38,657 nucleotides of DNA from NCBI RefSeq assembly GCF_004010195.1, contig NC_057758.1, forward strand, positions 8,352,956 to 8,391,612, in the 5' to 3' direction. A program made the translations under genes and the position numbers. The DNA is from Chiloscyllium plagiosum. Taxonomy: Eukaryota. Numbering within the stretch: the first letter of the stretch is position 1; every line of letters begins with the position of its first letter. Below are positions 34,445-38,657 of this stretch, piece by piece. A model generated the notes under the pieces. It saw nothing but the letters and a program-made list of their open reading frames with translations, was not told where the DNA came from and made no database searches.

Positions 34445-37400
34445 CTAATACAGAACATACAACATAGAACAGTACAGCACAGTACAGGGCCTTCAGCCCA
34501 TGATATTGTGCCAAGCATTTATCTTAATCTAAGATCAATCTAACCGAGACCCCCCCTCAATTTACTGCCATCCATGAGCTTGTCCAGCAGTCTCTTAAAT
34601 CTCTCTAATGTATCTGACTCTACTACCACCGTTGGCAATGCATTCCACACATGTACCACCCTCTGCATAAATAACCTACCTCTGACATCTCCCCTATACC
34701 TTCCTCCAATCACCTTACAATTATGACCCCTTATGACAGCCATTTTTGCCCTGAGGAAAAGTCTCTGGCTATCTACTCTATCTATGCCTCTCATTACGTT
34801 GTACACCTCTTCAAGTCTCTTCTCTTTCTTCAGTGTGAAATGCTCGAGCTCATGCAAACCCTCAAATCCAGGCAACATCTTGGTAAATCTCGTCTGCACT
34901 CTTGCTAAAGGATCTACATTCTTCCTATAATGAGACAACCAGAACTGGACACAATAATCTGAGTGTGGTCTAACCAGGGTTTTTCAGATCTCCAGCAAAA
35001 CCTCGCGGCTCTTAAACTCAATCCCCCAGCTAATGCCTTCTGAACACCCCTATCAACTTGGATGGTAACTTTGATCTATGTACGTGGGTTCCAAAATCCC
35101 GCTGTTCCTCCACACTGCCAAGATTCCTGCATTTAAGCCTCTGTTCTGCATACAAATTAGATCTTTCAAAATGAACCACTTCACATTTCTCCACGTTGAA
35201 CTCCATCTGTCACTTCTCAGCCCGGCTCTTCATCCTGTCAATGTCTTGTTTTAGCCTGCAACAACCTACAATACCATTTACAACACCATCAACCTTTTGT
35301 ATCATTGGCAAACTTGCTAAGACACCCTTCCACTTCTTCATCCAAGTCATTTATAAAATCTACAAAGGGAAGAGGCGGAAGAACGGATCCCTGCGGGACA
35401 CCACCGGTCACTGATCTTGAGGCAGAATACTTCCCATACATTACCACTGACTGTCTTCTTTCAGCCAGCCAATTCTCTATCCAAACAACCAAGTTTCCCT
35501 GTATCCTCTGCCTGCTAACTTTCTGAATGAGCCTATCAGTGGGAAACTTATCAAATGCCTTTCTGAAATTCATATGCACCACATGCACTGCTCGGCCGTC
35601 ATCATCTTGTCTCGTCACATCCTCAAAAAACTTAATAACGCTCGTGAGGCATGGCCTGCCACTCTCAAAGCCATGCTGATGTTCTGTAATTTTAAGCATG
35701 TACTGTACCTTTAAGAGAGTTGAAAAGCTGACAAGCCAGTCATGTGACTGACTGCAAGTACAGAGTGTGATAAAAATTAAAAATATAACATTTGACTGTG
35801 AAAAAAATAGCTGAGCTGAGTTGCTGTGTCCCATAACAATTCACTTTTAGCCAATTAGTTTAAATTAAGCTCCAAGATACTAAACCCCATTGAATTTGAA
35901 TTATACTGTTTTGGCAACATCAAACCAACAAGGCCATGTGATGTTTTGGGGTATAAAAATCAGGCATTTTGAACAGTTAGACAGAAACTGTGCCAGATCC
36001 TTGCTTCCTCAAACTTATGTAAGCTTCCTTTTTCCTCTTGACAAGAAGCTCCTCTGCTCTTGTCTTCCAGTGCTCCTTCACCATACTATTTCTTGCCTGT
36101 CTCAGTGAGACACAGTAATCCCACACTCTCAACAAGTGCTCTTTAAACAGCCTCCACATTTCTGATGTACATTTCCCATAGAACAATTGTTCCCAATTTA
36201 TACTCCACAGGTCCTGTCTAATTGCAGTGTAATTTCCCCTTCCCCAATTAAATACCTTCCCCAACCGTCAGTTCCCATCCCCCTCCCTGGCTATGGTAAA
36301 GGTGATGGTGGTCACTGTCAGTGAAATGCTCTCCCACCGAGATATCTGACATCTGGCCTGGCTCATTGCTGAACACCAAATCCAATATAGCCTCCCCCTA
36401 GTCGGTCTACCTACATATTTAGTCAGGAATCTTTCTGGACACATCTGACAAAATCAGCTCCATCCAGGCCATCTGCACTAAGGAGGTTCCAATCAACACT
36501 GGGGAAGTTGAAATCGTCCATAACAACAACTCTGTTACATCTGCAACTTTTCAAGATCTGCTGTCCAGTCTGCTCTTCCTTCTCTCTGCTGCTATTGGGG
36601 GTCTATCTAAAATGCCCAATAAAGTGACTGCTCCTTTCCTGTTACTGACTTCCACCCCACATAACACAGTGGACAAGCCCTCCTCAACAACCTCCTTTTC
36701 TGCAGCTGTGATGCTCTCTCTAAATATCAATGCTACTCCCCTTCCTCTTTTATCACCCTCCCTGTTCTTTTTAAAAGATCTAAACCCTGGAACATCCAGC
36801 AACCATTCCTGACCCTGTGAAATCGTGTCTCCATTATGGCCACAACATTGTAGTTCCAAGTACTGCTCCATGCTCTGAGTTCATCACTCTTATTCCTGAC
36901 ACTCCTTGCATTGAAACAGACACACTTTAACCCATCCCTTTGCCATGTCAACTATGCATCCTTCCTGACAGACTCGCTGTATTCTATTTCTGCAGCTCTG
37001 GGTTCCCATCCCCCTGCCAAACTGGTTAAAACCCTCATGAAGTGCTCTCAGCAAATCTCCCACCCAGGACATTGTGCCCCTCCAGTGTAAGTCCAAGCCA
37101 TCCTTCATTTACAGGTCCAACATTTCACAGAAGGTACCCCAATGATCTATGTATCTGAAACCCTCCCTCCTGCATCCGCCCTGTAGCCACACATTTAGCT
37201 GCGCTCATTTCCTGTTCCTTGCCTCACTAGCACGTGGCAGCAGTAGTAATCCTGTGATTACTACTCTGCTCGTCGCGCTTTTTAGCTTCCAACCTAACTC
37301 CCTGAAATCACTTTTTAGATCCCCATCCCTTTTCCTGGCTATATCATTAGTGCCAACGCGAACCACGACTTCTGGATGCTCCCTCACCCCCTCCAGAATC

Positions 37401-37600
37401 TTGTAGACTCGATCAGACACATCTCGGACCCTGACACCTGGAAGGCAATGTACTTTCCGAGAGTCCTGTTTATGACAACAGAATCTCCTGTCCATTCTTC
37501 TAACTATTGAGTCTCCTACCACAAGAGCCTTTCTATTCTTCCCTCTTCTCTATGAGCCACAAGGCTGGCTCCATGCCAGAGACATGTCCACTATGGCTTT
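34445..37600 (-). mobile_element. Long CR1 LINE (ORF1 SGNH esterase, endonuclease, partial RT, 3' tail), interrupted at 35680-35997
   Basis: VGDSIVR..CLPGVRV..VGTND (ORF1), LKCVCFNARSVRNKSDEL, WLLDVPGF, MNFRKAFDKFP, GVPQGSVL, FANDTK and LARVQTRFTKMLPG, with a tail of aacatag repeats. Confidence 0.95.
35680..35997 (+). mobile_element. Probable truncated LTR (U3/promoter part) replacing part of CR1 ORF2
   Basis: CR1 similarity stops abruptly at TGT (35680). CCAAT is at 35851 and TATAAAAA at 35952-35959. There is no closing ACA, and the RT N-terminal region of the host CR1 is missing. Confidence 0.45.
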
Positions 37601-38204
37601 CTCCTGCAACACCAAGGAAGAAGCATGCTAAGGCAGCCCATCACTGCTGACTGGACCCAAAATTCCATCTCTGTCAAAGCTGCCTCATCGCTGCTGATAT
37701 CCCAGCCATCTCCAGAGACAGGAGACTGGGGTCTACCTTCCGAGAACCACCTGACCATCCAAGTTAACTCTTGAGGACTGGGAGTTCATTCATTCTGCTG
37801 CCAAAACTTCAGAGAAAAGGAATCGGCCCCAATTCCTTGTAGCTGGAACAGTTGCACATGCCACGATATCCATGGCCACAAGGAATGGACTGGATCCACT
37901 GCTCAACAGCTCGCCACAACCTCTCATACCACCACAGCCACAGAACAAAGAACAAATGAATTTGATTCAAAAGTTGTTTGAAGAAAAATGGAATTAATGA
38001 AAGGAAGCAGTCCATCATGCGAGAGGGAGCCAATGGGCCGAGAGCCCAATCACCACCTTTCCTGCTGCCTTCATCATCTTGGAGATCTTTGACCAAGGGG
38101 CAGGTCAGTAGATGAACAATGGTGGACATATTTGCAGATATTTCATAATGTTTAGCAAAAACCTATTCCTGTCAAAATGAATAAAATGATGAAAAGGTTC
38201 AACG

Positions 38205-38626
38205 TTTGTGAGAAGATTTGTAGCTCGGGTGCTCGTTGCTGTGGTTCTGTTCGCCGAGCTGGAAGTTTTTGTTGCAAACGTTTCATCCCCTGTCTAGGTG
38301 ACATCCTCAGTGCTTGGGAGCCTCCTGTGAAGCGCTTCTGTGGTGTTTCCTCCGGCATTTATAGTGGCCTGTCCCTGCCGCTTCCGGTTGTCAGTTTCAG
38401 TTGTCTGCTGTAGTGGCCTGTATATTGGGTCCAGGTCTATGTGTTTGTTGATGGAGTTTGTGGATGAGTGCCTTGGGAGCCTCCTGTGAAGCGCTTCTGT
38501 GGTGTTTCCTCCGGCATTTATAGTGGCCTGTCCCTGCCGCTTCCGGTTGTCAGTTTCAGTTGTCTGCTGTAGTGGCCGGTATATTGGGTCCAGGTCTATG
38601 TGTTTGTTGATGGAGTTTGTGGATGA
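38205..38626 (-). mobile_element. Penelope-like 3' end with hammerhead motif and 159-bp tandem duplication
   Basis: Same family as 24024-24391 (SINKHIDLDPIYRPL occurs twice). Units start at 38313 and 38472. The motif GCA-CTGAGGA-tgtcacctagacaggggat-GAAA-CGTT-TGC is at 38274-38313. Confidence 0.9.
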
Positions 38627-38657
38627 CTGCACAAAACACTATATAGGACAAACAGAA

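Noticed and set aside
34290..34445. Possible 3' end of another LINE family (also 4770-4900)
   Set aside because: The resemblance is from memory only, with no coding motif to support a call.
38313..38626. CRISPR-like or coding repeat array
   Set aside because: Two contiguous units without spacers, inside a Penelope-like element in a eukaryotic context.

Overview
This is eukaryotic, repeat-dense DNA, most likely from a shark or other elasmobranch (inferred from HE1/V-type SINEs, HER1/CR1-type LINEs and Penelope-derived repeats). I see no intact protein-coding gene, rRNA, tRNA or CRISPR array. Host-derived content is two disabled GPR139/GPR142-like class A GPCR copies on the + strand. The first (2512-3168) is cut at TM3 by a Gypsy LTR retrotransposon. 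The second (15502-16399) has one frameshift and one nonsense codon, with a candidate first exon near 10434. The rest is nested mobile DNA: a Gypsy gag with 5' LTR, many CR1 LINE copies (three retain ORF1 esterase, endonuclease and RT remnants), an L2/Crack-like LINE, two tRNA-derived SINEs, and Penelope-like elements. Several Penelope tails carry minimal hammerhead-ribozyme motifs; the best preserved is at 24318-24357. There is a 500-N assembly gap at 33539-34038. The most interesting items are the GPCR cluster, the hammerheads and the hairpin mini-elements built from them, and a CR1 with twin-priming-like 5' inversion. I cannot show from sequence alone that any of these is a new system. Repeat boundaries are by-eye estimates, and family names rest on recalled motifs, not database searches.
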